60,194 nt of DNA, from assembly GCA_043719385.1 (NCBI GenBank), contig JAYSTY010000438.1, forward strand, positions 1 to 60,194, given 5' to 3'. Position 1 is the first letter of the stretch, and every line of letters starts with the position of its first letter. The DNA is from Blastocatellia bacterium. GTDB lineage: Bacteria; Acidobacteriota; Blastocatellia; RBC074. The notes under the pieces were generated by a model that saw only the letters and a list, made by a program, of their open reading frames with translations, was not told where the DNA came from and did not search any database. The translations under genes were made by a program, and so were the position numbers. Shown in pieces: positions 40,173-47,977 of this stretch.

Positions 40173-40776
40173 TTGTTAGGCTTAATAAATCATCTGCAAG
40201 GAAATCAAGGCCTGTAGGCAGAATATTTAAATCTACATCTTCTAGAATATCTGTTATATCAATTGCCCGCTCAAAGTTAATAAACGGTTCTTGGTGAAGG
40301 CTAAAAAAAACTCTATTTATAGCAATCACCTGATTTTCTGCAAGCGGTATACCCTGTGTATTTTGAAGAGCATGCATCACAGATGCGACAATATGCCCAA
40401 ATCCATCTCCAATACTACGGCAGCAAAAAAGCTCGGATAGCAAAGCCTGCACCTTTTGAATCTCATTATCAGCTAAAATTAACTCTTTATAGCTATGATA
40501 TTTAATTGATTGATCTATATGCACTCGCGCTTCTCGCATTAGTCGTAGTGCTGTGCTGAAAAAAGGATTTAGTGTTTGCCAATCGGGATATAGGTCTTCC
40601 GTAGTTATTGAAGCTTCCGTCTCTTGGCTCTTTTCTGGGTTTTTGACGATGTATAGTTTACTGCGCATCGTACTTCCCGTACTGACCTCTTCACTGTCCT
40701 GACGATTTGTATTTAAGCGACTATAATCTACTCCTGTATCATCAGATCTAGGCACTGGCATTATTGCGGCTGGCAT
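40165..40776 (-). CDS. hypothetical acidic protein (middle gene of PIN operon)
   Basis: 203 aa with no recognisable motif. The start shares TAATG with the upstream stop and lies 6 nt after a GGAGG inside the upstream gene. Confidence 0.55.
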   Translation of the reverse strand: MPAAIMPVPRSDDTGVDYSRLNTNRQDSEEVSTGSTMRSKLYIVKNPEKSQETEASITTEDLYPDWQTLNPFFSTALRLMREARVHIDQSIKYHSYKELILADNEIQKVQALLSELFCCRSIGDGFGHIVASVMHALQNTQGIPLAENQVIAINRVFFSLHQEPFINFERAIDITDILEDVDLNILPTGLDFLADDLLSLTND

Positions 40777-41519
40777 TATTTACCTCCTAAAATTTTATTT
40801 ACCCCTCGTTTGATGATTTGATCGGCTTGATTAAGCCAAATAGGGATATTTAATTGACCAACAGAAATAGCCACCTTTGTATAATAATCTACGTCAATTA
40901 CTATTCCTGTTTCTTCAATTTCTTGCCGTGTAAAAACTTGGGAACCTGGAGCATCCAATATATGATGTATCCCTTCAACCTTCATTCTTAGCGTAGTGCC
41001 AATTTTTTTATTTTCCCATCGCATGGCAACCTCAGGGAGTACAGGTAATTCTTCGATGCCAAAGTTGGAGGAAGAAGGAACATTAATTAAGTTAGTTGCA
41101 AAAAAAGAAGCACTTGCCTGATCTTGATTCTTATATTGCTTAAAATATTGTTGTCTATGGCCTAGCCGAGTGAAGCTGGATACTTCAAGATATTTAATAA
41201 CAATTTGAAAGAAATCTTTAATAATTTCAGCATAGGCATTCTCTCCCGATTTTGATGGCTGTAGATCAATCACACCAGATTTATCGATTGATGTAAATAT
41301 TGAATACCGGTTATTGAGAATAAATTGAGTATGCGCAGGGTCTATTTTTGCTGATTCTAACTCCGGCCATTTACGCGAAAACTCACTCCAGATCGCGCCA
41401 GATTTATCCCAATGCAGAAGTGAAAATGGATGCCGAGCCTCCAATATAGATTGGTTGCAACGAAACTCAGAAATTAAGCCAAGCGGCTTTGCTGATGATA
41501 ATTCATCTTCCTTTGCCAT
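40776..41519 (-). CDS. TIGR04255-like protein (sporadically distributed family)
   Basis: 247 aa. The size and the opening KPLGLISEFRC resemble the P-[IL]-x-E-[AV]-x-x-E-[IL]-R-F start of TIGR04255 proteins. This is from memory and needs HMM confirmation. Confidence 0.45.
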   Translation of the reverse strand: MAKEDELSSAKPLGLISEFRCNQSILEARHPFSLLHWDKSGAIWSEFSRKWPELESAKIDPAHTQFILNNRYSIFTSIDKSGVIDLQPSKSGENAYAEIIKDFFQIVIKYLEVSSFTRLGHRQQYFKQYKNQDQASASFFATNLINVPSSSNFGIEELPVLPEVAMRWENKKIGTTLRMKVEGIHHILDAPGSQVFTRQEIEETGIVIDVDYYTKVAISVGQLNIPIWLNQADQIIKRGVNKILGGK

Positions 41520-41598
41520 AGTAAATACCTAATAAGTGCTGATAAATCACACGCTCGAAGGAACTTAATTATGATTAAGCGATAGGGCCAAGTGATGG

Positions 41599-41627
41599 TT
41601 TATATACTAACGCCAGTGAAATAGCAA
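41599..41627 (-). promoter_or_regulatory. sigma70-like promoter candidate for the three-gene PIN operon
   Basis: On the minus strand, TTGCTA (41627-41622), a 17-nt spacer, then TATAAA (41604-41599). It lies about 80 nt upstream of the ATG at 41519. Confidence 0.3.
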
Positions 41628-41652
41628 TTTCTGTATTAAGCGGAGTGGTGAA

Positions 41653-42702
41653 CTATGTGCATACTTTTACATAATGCACACACTCAATCGTTGCATCTTT
41701 TTTGTATTCGCGTCCGTTGTCGGCTTTGAAACGATTGTAATTTGTCTGAAAAAATTTTGGCTTGCCGCGCAATTTTAATAGCTGCTGAATTTCTTTCATC
41801 GGTATCACACCTTCACCGTTGTAACTCACGAAAATATGTTTTGCCTTCGCATGGCGAATTAAATTTTCCATTGCATTGTACGCGGCGTCTTTACGGCAAT
41901 AATCGCTTTTCGGATATTCACGCAGACCTGTCACACCTTTTAATGCGGGGTTATCGTAAGCTGCGATGGTTTCCAGCACGTGATAGTTTGCGCCGTATTG
42001 ACGGTGGTTGTAAGGCGGATCAAGGTACAACACATCACACTCAATTTTTTCAATCAGTTCACTAGCATCCTCATTCCACACACGACAACCCCGCACGCGA
42101 TTCGTTAATTCCAGGGGTTTTAATCGTAGCGGTTTTAATGCGCTCGCCTTAAATTTTTTCAGGTATGCACCGTATACGCTGGCAGTGTTGGCGACCTTGT
42201 CTATGGCTTCGAGCAACGAACACAGGACGTAAAAATATTCCTGCTCCGTCAACAATTTCTGCTTGCGCCATGCTTCAATTTTTTGGCGAATCGCGTCCGC
42301 CTTCTCAGCATTTTCTGTCGTGTAATATTGCCTGTCACCAACCGGAGAATAATTTTCTGTGATGAATCCTGTTATTCCTGGCAACGCATTGATAAAGGCT
42401 AAAACTTCCTGAGCGGGAGTGTCGGGCAATGTCGGATACGCAGCAATTTCTTTTTTAAATTCGCGCCGCAAGCCTGCAAAATCAGGCGTTTCGTTGATTT
42501 CCAGATAGGCCTTGTTCAGCGCGTAAGCGTAATACTGCAAATCGTTGGCGATGACTGTAAATCCCAGGCCTTTGAAATGTCTGCCAACTGCGCCTGTGCC
42601 GGCAAAAATATCGCAGAAAGTTTTTTCAGTTCCATCAGTAACTTTACGAAAAACGTGTTCGAGAAAAGGGAGTAGTGTCAGCTTCGATCCGATGTAGTTC
42701 AT
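41653..42702 (-). CDS. site-specific DNA adenine (N6) methyltransferase, alpha/D12 class
   Basis: 349 aa. MNYIGSK (D12-class opening), DIFAGTGAVG (motif I) and LYLDPPY (motif IV), in alpha-class order. Confidence 0.85.
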   Translation of the reverse strand: MNYIGSKLTLLPFLEHVFRKVTDGTEKTFCDIFAGTGAVGRHFKGLGFTVIANDLQYYAYALNKAYLEINETPDFAGLRREFKKEIAAYPTLPDTPAQEVLAFINALPGITGFITENYSPVGDRQYYTTENAEKADAIRQKIEAWRKQKLLTEQEYFYVLCSLLEAIDKVANTASVYGAYLKKFKASALKPLRLKPLELTNRVRGCRVWNEDASELIEKIECDVLYLDPPYNHRQYGANYHVLETIAAYDNPALKGVTGLREYPKSDYCRKDAAYNAMENLIRHAKAKHIFVSYNGEGVIPMKEIQQLLKLRGKPKFFQTNYNRFKADNGREYKKDATIECVHYVKVCT

Positions 42703-42781
42703 TTGCTTAAAATTCGGGTTGCTTCGTTGGGAGTAGCCTCATATCATACGCGTCAGTTATTGATTATAAAAACCAGGCACT

Positions 42782-44638
42782 ATGAAAATACGACCTCTGC
42801 TGACAGGAATTTTAATTTGTTTGCTCGCGGCCTTTTGTCTCGCGCAGGAAATCTCCGGCTTTTGGCGCTGGCAAAACCCACGTCCCCAGGGCAATCCGCT
42901 GTATGCGATTCGTTTTCGTGATGAGCGCAACGGTGTTGCTGTCGGACGCGACGGCACAATTTTACACACGCACAATGGCGGCCAGGAATGGAATACAGCT
43001 CGCAGTCCCGTGCGAACTCCGTTATACGGCCTGGCATTTTTAGGGCGCAAACGCGGCAAGGCTTTTGTGGGCGGCGGCGAATTATGGATCGCCGTTGGTG
43101 CGCGGGGTGCAATCCTGCACTCACGCGATGATGGAGCAACCTGGTCGGAGCAACGCTTAGCCACCAAAACAATCCTGTATGCGGTGGATTTTGTGAGCGA
43201 AAAACGCGGCTGGGCAGTCGGGTTGGAGGGGACGATTTTAAGCACCAAAGATGGCGGCGGAAAATGGCAAATCCAAACAAGCGGCGTCCAAAAAACTTTA
43301 GCTGCGCTTGCGTTTGCGGATGAAAACCATGGAGTGGTGGTGGGCGCAGACGGCACACTGCTCACAACCGAAGACGGCGGCGCAACCTGGAAAATTGCTA
43401 ACTCCGGCACAAAAAATAATTTGCTTGGAGTGGTCGCGCCAACCCCTGCGCAATTTGTCGTGGTCGGAGCCAGCGGCACAATTTTGCGCAGTCAGGATGC
43501 AGGCGCAACGTGGCAGGCACAGGCAAGTAACAGTTCACGCGATCTTTACGCCGTCGCTTTTCTTGACAGTCAGCACGGAGCCATCGCCTCATCCGAAGGA
43601 GTTATTTTGCGTACCGACAATGCTGGTGAAAAGTGGGAAGCGCAAACCACAACGGAGCCGCAGATTTTCAAGTCCCTGAGCTTCATTGATGAAAAGCGCC
43701 TCTGGGTCGCGGGTGAGGCAGGAGCGATTTATGTCTATGACGGAGCGAAATGGATTCCGCAAATTCAGGGCTGGCAAAAGGCTTTATCAGCGGTCAATTT
43801 TGTGGACGGAAAGCGCGGCTGGACAGTAGGAACCAACGGCACAATTTTGATGACCGACAGCGGCGGCAAATATTGGAATTTGCAGGATTCAAAAGTCGAA
43901 GCGAATTTGCGCGGCGTCCAATTTCTGGATGACAAGCACGGGTTTGTGGTCGGCGAGCGCGGCGTCATCCTGCGGACAACCAATGGCGGCAACGAATGGG
44001 AAGTGCTTGTCAGCAAAACGGATCGCAGCCTGCACAATCTTTTTTTCGTAAGTGAAAAAGAAGGCTGGATTGCCGGAGAAGCAGGATTGATTTGGCACAC
44101 CGAAGACGGCGGCAACACGTGGAAACCGCAAAACTCAACCACGAAAGCCTGGCTCGAAGCAATCTGGTTTACGGATAAAAAACACGGCTGGGCAAGCGGC
44201 GAAACGGGAACAATCGTTGTGACAGCCGACGGCGGCGAGACCTGGAACGCACAGGAAAGCGGCACACGGCGCGGATTATTCGGACTGCATTTCGTGAGCG
44301 AAAAAGAAGGCTGGGCAGTTGGCGAAGACGGCTTGATTTTGAAAACGAATGATGGCGGCGAAAATTGGCTGGTACAAATCAGCAACATCACCAGCCATTT
44401 GCTGGGGGTTTATGCGGTTAATCAAAAACGTGCGTGGATCGTTGGCTTGAACGGCTTCATTTTGTCAACGACGGATGGAGGCAACACCTGGAAACGCGAT
44501 TTAAGCAGTACCAGTACGCCGCTCCGCGCAGTATTTTTCAAAGGCGATGACGGCTGGACAGTCGGCAGAGACGGCGCGATTTTGAAATATGCCGGGCTGG
44601 GAGCTGGCGAATTAAAAACTGTCTTTGGAAAGGACTAA
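42782..44638 (+). CDS. Ycf48-like / BNR-repeat beta-propeller protein, secreted
   Basis: 618 aa with a signal peptide. About 14 repeats of G-x-I-L-x-T-x-D-G-G-x-x-W follow, enough for two propellers. Confidence 0.8.
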   Translation: MKIRPLLTGILICLLAAFCLAQEISGFWRWQNPRPQGNPLYAIRFRDERNGVAVGRDGTILHTHNGGQEWNTARSPVRTPLYGLAFLGRKRGKAFVGGGELWIAVGARGAILHSRDDGATWSEQRLATKTILYAVDFVSEKRGWAVGLEGTILSTKDGGGKWQIQTSGVQKTLAALAFADENHGVVVGADGTLLTTEDGGATWKIANSGTKNNLLGVVAPTPAQFVVVGASGTILRSQDAGATWQAQASNSSRDLYAVAFLDSQHGAIASSEGVILRTDNAGEKWEAQTTTEPQIFKSLSFIDEKRLWVAGEAGAIYVYDGAKWIPQIQGWQKALSAVNFVDGKRGWTVGTNGTILMTDSGGKYWNLQDSKVEANLRGVQFLDDKHGFVVGERGVILRTTNGGNEWEVLVSKTDRSLHNLFFVSEKEGWIAGEAGLIWHTEDGGNTWKPQNSTTKAWLEAIWFTDKKHGWASGETGTIVVTADGGETWNAQESGTRRGLFGLHFVSEKEGWAVGEDGLILKTNDGGENWLVQISNITSHLLGVYAVNQKRAWIVGLNGFILSTTDGGNTWKRDLSSTSTPLRAVFFKGDDGWTVGRDGAILKYAGLGAGELKTVFGKD

Positions 44639-45184
44639 ATGCAAAGCACCGCAAATATCACGAATAATTTAGCCGCTGCAATCCGCTCCGCCACACCAGC
44701 CGACGCGGCGATCTTAAATGAATTAGGAGCCAGCACTTTCCGCGAAACTTTTGACGGGACGACTTCGCCTGAAAATATGGCGGCGTATATGTCTGCGGCG
44801 TTCACGATTGAGGTACTCGCAGCAGAATTGGCTGATCCAAAATCTACTTTCTTCATCGTTGAAAGCAAACAGGAAGCCATCGCGTATTTAAAATTGTACG
44901 ACGGCGGAGCGCCTGACTGTGTTAGTGATCCCCAGGCGATTGAGGTGGCGCGTTTATATGTGAAGCAGGAATTTATCGCCCAAAAAATCGGCGCGATGTT
45001 AATGCAAAAAGCTTTGGATGAAGCGCACCACAAAGGCTGCCAAACAATTTTTCTGGGTGTCTGGGAACATAACGAACGGGCGAAAAATTTTTATCACAAA
45101 TGGGGCTTCAAAAAAGTTGGTGATCATATCTTTCAGATGGGTGACGATCCGCAAATTGACTGGTGGATGGAGCGCAAATTATGA
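44639..45184 (+). CDS. GNAT family N-acetyltransferase
   Basis: 181 aa. Has the acetyl-CoA motif Q-x-x-G-x-G/A-like (IAQKIGAML) and the conserved C-terminus NERAKNFYHKWGF. Confidence 0.8.
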   Translation: MQSTANITNNLAAAIRSATPADAAILNELGASTFRETFDGTTSPENMAAYMSAAFTIEVLAAELADPKSTFFIVESKQEAIAYLKLYDGGAPDCVSDPQAIEVARLYVKQEFIAQKIGAMLMQKALDEAHHKGCQTIFLGVWEHNERAKNFYHKWGFKKVGDHIFQMGDDPQIDWWMERKL

Positions 45185-45609
45185 ATTTATCGTATTGGCC
45201 TGTCGTCATCATTGTGGCCGGCGGGTTAATTTACCAGTTCGCGCAAAAATCTTTAGCGCCAGGCATCAACGCATATTTTGCAATTATTATTGCCTATAGT
45301 GCAGGCATTATTTTGTGCCTGCTAACTAATCTGATTGCTCCGGCAGAGGGTTCGTTGCTGGAAGCTTTCAGGAAATCCGGTTGGGCGGTGTATGGCATTG
45401 GCGTGGGTGCTGTACTGGTCGAAGTCGGATTTCTCGTGGCTTATCGTCAGGGCTGGCGTCTCAGCCTTACTTCCATGCTGGTCAATATGATTATCAGCGT
45501 GATTTTAGTGCCAGTTGGTGTCCTGTTTTATAAAGAAAAAATTTCTGGTTGGAACGCACTCGGCATTTGTTTTTACTTCGTCGGATTGATTTTGATCTCG
45601 AAAAAATAA
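45181..45609 (+). CDS. small EamA-like membrane protein
   Basis: 142 aa with about 5 TM helices. The start ATG overlaps the GNAT stop (ATGA). Confidence 0.5.
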   Translation: MNLSYWPVVIIVAGGLIYQFAQKSLAPGINAYFAIIIAYSAGIILCLLTNLIAPAEGSLLEAFRKSGWAVYGIGVGAVLVEVGFLVAYRQGWRLSLTSMLVNMIISVILVPVGVLFYKEKISGWNALGICFYFVGLILISKK

Positions 45610-45610
45610 T

Positions 45611-45656
45611 CGCCACAGAGGTCACAAAGAATATTTTAGCTGTGACCTCTATGGCG
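45611..45656. terminator. bidirectional terminator hairpin
   Basis: 16-bp stem with one mismatch (cgccacagaggtcaca / tgtgacctctatggcg), between convergent genes. Confidence 0.65.
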
Positions 45657-45663
45657 CAATGAA

Positions 45664-47859
45664 TTACTTCACTGACACTTTATTTCCATTCTCCGCATTG
45701 CCATTCACTTTCATCTGATCGCGGAAAAGATTCAGCAGCAACAGCGTTCCTAAATTACCAGCACCGTCTCCGTTGCCACCGCTTGAAGCCATGACATCGG
45801 GTGTAATCCGCACGCCTTTTTCGCCAATGACTCGCAACGTCTCCACCAGCGCAACGCCGTTGGCGCCGAGTGCGCTCACTTGCTCGTGGTAGGCGACGCC
45901 CTGCGCTTCGCCCATCAAGCGAACTTTTTCAGCTTCGGCTTTACCCGTAGATAAAATGTAGTGCGCTTCGCCGTCGCCTTCCGCTTTGCGCTGTTCGGCG
46001 CGTTTGCCGGAAATTTCTACACCAACAGTAGCCACCATCAAATCGCGTTGGTTATCAGCCTGCGCCTTAATTTTCTCAAGCTGGATGCGCTTGTCTTCGG
46101 CTTCGCGTTGCGCGTCGTACATGCTCTGGCGTTGCTCGGCGAGAATTTTTTCCGTCTGCGTTTTCATCAATTCCTCTGGTAAACGAATGTGGCAGATCAG
46201 GACGTTCACGACATCAACGTGATATTTCAGCAGGTGCGCACGAACACGAGCTTCAGCGCGTTCCTGTTCTTCATGACGATTTTGCAGGTATGCCATCGCG
46301 CTGGATTCCGAAGCCTGATTTCTGAAAATCGAATCAATCAGCGGGTGCATCACATTTTGAATCAAGCGTTCAATGCCGCCGATTTTCGCCACCATAAACG
46401 GCGCATCCTGTGGCCTGACGCGGAAGACTACGCGGACTTCCAGGCGCATCGTGAAGCCGTCTTTGGAAATCACCTCGAACGGATCGAAGGTGTTTTGAAT
46501 TTGTTCCGTCGTCCATTCGACTGTCTGGTTGGTCGTTGGAATGATAATCGGCGACACCGCCAGCGTGTTGACGTAATACTTGCCGGGGCCGACTACGCGC
46601 TCCTGAATGCCGCGAAAACCATCGGGTACAACGTAGGCTTCGTGCGCACCCTGATCCAGACGCTTGTCCATCGGGTCACCAACTTTTTCGGCTTCCTGCA
46701 AACTTTCAATCACCTCGGTGACATGTTCTCCGGCGCGGGCAATCTGTTGTTGTTCTTCGCGTTCAAGGCGTTCCCGCACTTTCGCTGCCATCTGGCGACG
46801 AATTTCTTCTGACGGGTCTTTGCCGGTATTGGAAACGATGACTGCGACTTCGCCGGGTTTTACTTCGCCCGCTTTTTCAGGGATCACTTTGAAAAGCAGC
46901 GGATTGACGTAATAAGTACCGGGCAGCAGGATGTCCTTTTGCGGGCCGCGCTGACCACCGTGTTTGATGAATTCATCGCCGTCCTGGAAATTGTCGTGCC
47001 CTTCCACCGGGGTCGCCACGTAATCGCGCGGGTCTAACTGTGATCCGTCGAGCGCTTCGACCAGCCCAACTTGATTTTCGGTGATACCTGTTGCATTGAA
47101 TACCTGCACCGAAAACAAGCCTTTTTTCAGGTCGCTTCTGACATCGGCATTATTTCCGGCAGAAATTCCGGCGGGCAACGAATCCGTCAGAATACGATAT
47201 GTACCCGGAGTCAGTATTTCTAACTGAGGCCCTTTTTGCCCACCTGCAGAAATGAATTTTTCTGCATCCTGATAACTGTGATGCGCATCAATCGCTTTGC
47301 CCAGCAAGCGACCGGGATCAAGCGCAGTGCCGTCAGCAGTGATGACGACGCCGACTTTGCCTTGCGGAATCACCGTCGCTTTCGCAATTGAAACGCGAAA
47401 CAGATAGGGATGAATAGGCCACAAGCCCGGCGGCAAAGTGCGAAGCTGGATGCCCTTGACGCCGCCCTGTTTGATAAACGCAATCGGGTCCTGAAAATTG
47501 TTGTGTGCGTTCTGGGCGCGATCCGGTGCGAAGATGCGACCAGGCTGCAACGGTTCGCCGTCAACCGCCTCAATGATGCCTAATTCATCAGCGCCGATTT
47601 CAACGAGCGGAACTTTTCTGACGACGGATTCAAACGGCCATTTGATGAAATGCAATCCGGGTTTCAAAACATCAGCCTGAATCCCGACTTCGCCTTCGGT
47701 TGCAACGACGCGACCGGGAGGCATTTTTTGTCCGATGTAACGCCGCTCTTTAATCGCGATTTCTTTGGCGCGGACGTTGACTAAAATTCTGGTCGTAAGG
47801 AACAGCAGCAATAACAATGCTACTATTCCCAGCACAGCAAGGGGAATCATAATTTGCAT
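45664..47859 (-). CDS. SPFH/flotillin family protein with three internal repeats
   Basis: 731 aa. N-terminal TM anchor, and an SPFH core resuming at VRVVFRVRPQDAPFMV with a flotillin-like EA-rich coiled coil. Three ~90-aa repeats carry FQD-x3-FI-x-x-GG-x-(K/R)G-x-Q-x3-L-x-PG-x-Y. Confidence 0.8.
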   Translation of the reverse strand: MQIMIPLAVLGIVALLLLLFLTTRILVNVRAKEIAIKERRYIGQKMPPGRVVATEGEVGIQADVLKPGLHFIKWPFESVVRKVPLVEIGADELGIIEAVDGEPLQPGRIFAPDRAQNAHNNFQDPIAFIKQGGVKGIQLRTLPPGLWPIHPYLFRVSIAKATVIPQGKVGVVITADGTALDPGRLLGKAIDAHHSYQDAEKFISAGGQKGPQLEILTPGTYRILTDSLPAGISAGNNADVRSDLKKGLFSVQVFNATGITENQVGLVEALDGSQLDPRDYVATPVEGHDNFQDGDEFIKHGGQRGPQKDILLPGTYYVNPLLFKVIPEKAGEVKPGEVAVIVSNTGKDPSEEIRRQMAAKVRERLEREEQQQIARAGEHVTEVIESLQEAEKVGDPMDKRLDQGAHEAYVVPDGFRGIQERVVGPGKYYVNTLAVSPIIIPTTNQTVEWTTEQIQNTFDPFEVISKDGFTMRLEVRVVFRVRPQDAPFMVAKIGGIERLIQNVMHPLIDSIFRNQASESSAMAYLQNRHEEQERAEARVRAHLLKYHVDVVNVLICHIRLPEELMKTQTEKILAEQRQSMYDAQREAEDKRIQLEKIKAQADNQRDLMVATVGVEISGKRAEQRKAEGDGEAHYILSTGKAEAEKVRLMGEAQGVAYHEQVSALGANGVALVETLRVIGEKGVRITPDVMASSGGNGDGAGNLGTLLLLNLFRDQMKVNGNAENGNKVSVK

Positions 47860-47877
47860 AATTTACCTTTCAAATAT

Positions 47878-47977
47878 TTAGCCGCGAATTACGCGAATTT
47901 GGGCGAATTTCTCCCAAGTCATTCAATCACTTGAATGACAGCCAGGATGCGTTTTGATTCGCGTAATTCGCGGCTAA
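47878..47977. repeat. 21-bp perfect inverted repeats enclosing a 9-bp hairpin
   Basis: ttagccgcgaattacgcgaat (47878-47898) is the exact reverse complement of 47957-47977. The inner hairpin is gtcattcaa-tcac-ttgaatgac (47918-47939). The right arm overlaps the upstream gene's stop codon. Confidence 0.85.

Noticed and set aside
42757-44391. Long antisense ORFs (240 aa, 192 aa, 208 aa and others) opposite the BNR/Ycf48-like gene.
   Set aside because: They are Pro/Ser/Arg-rich and low in complexity, lack SD sequences and lie wholly inside a confidently repeated propeller gene. This is the typical mirror-frame artefact of a GC-rich repetitive CDS.
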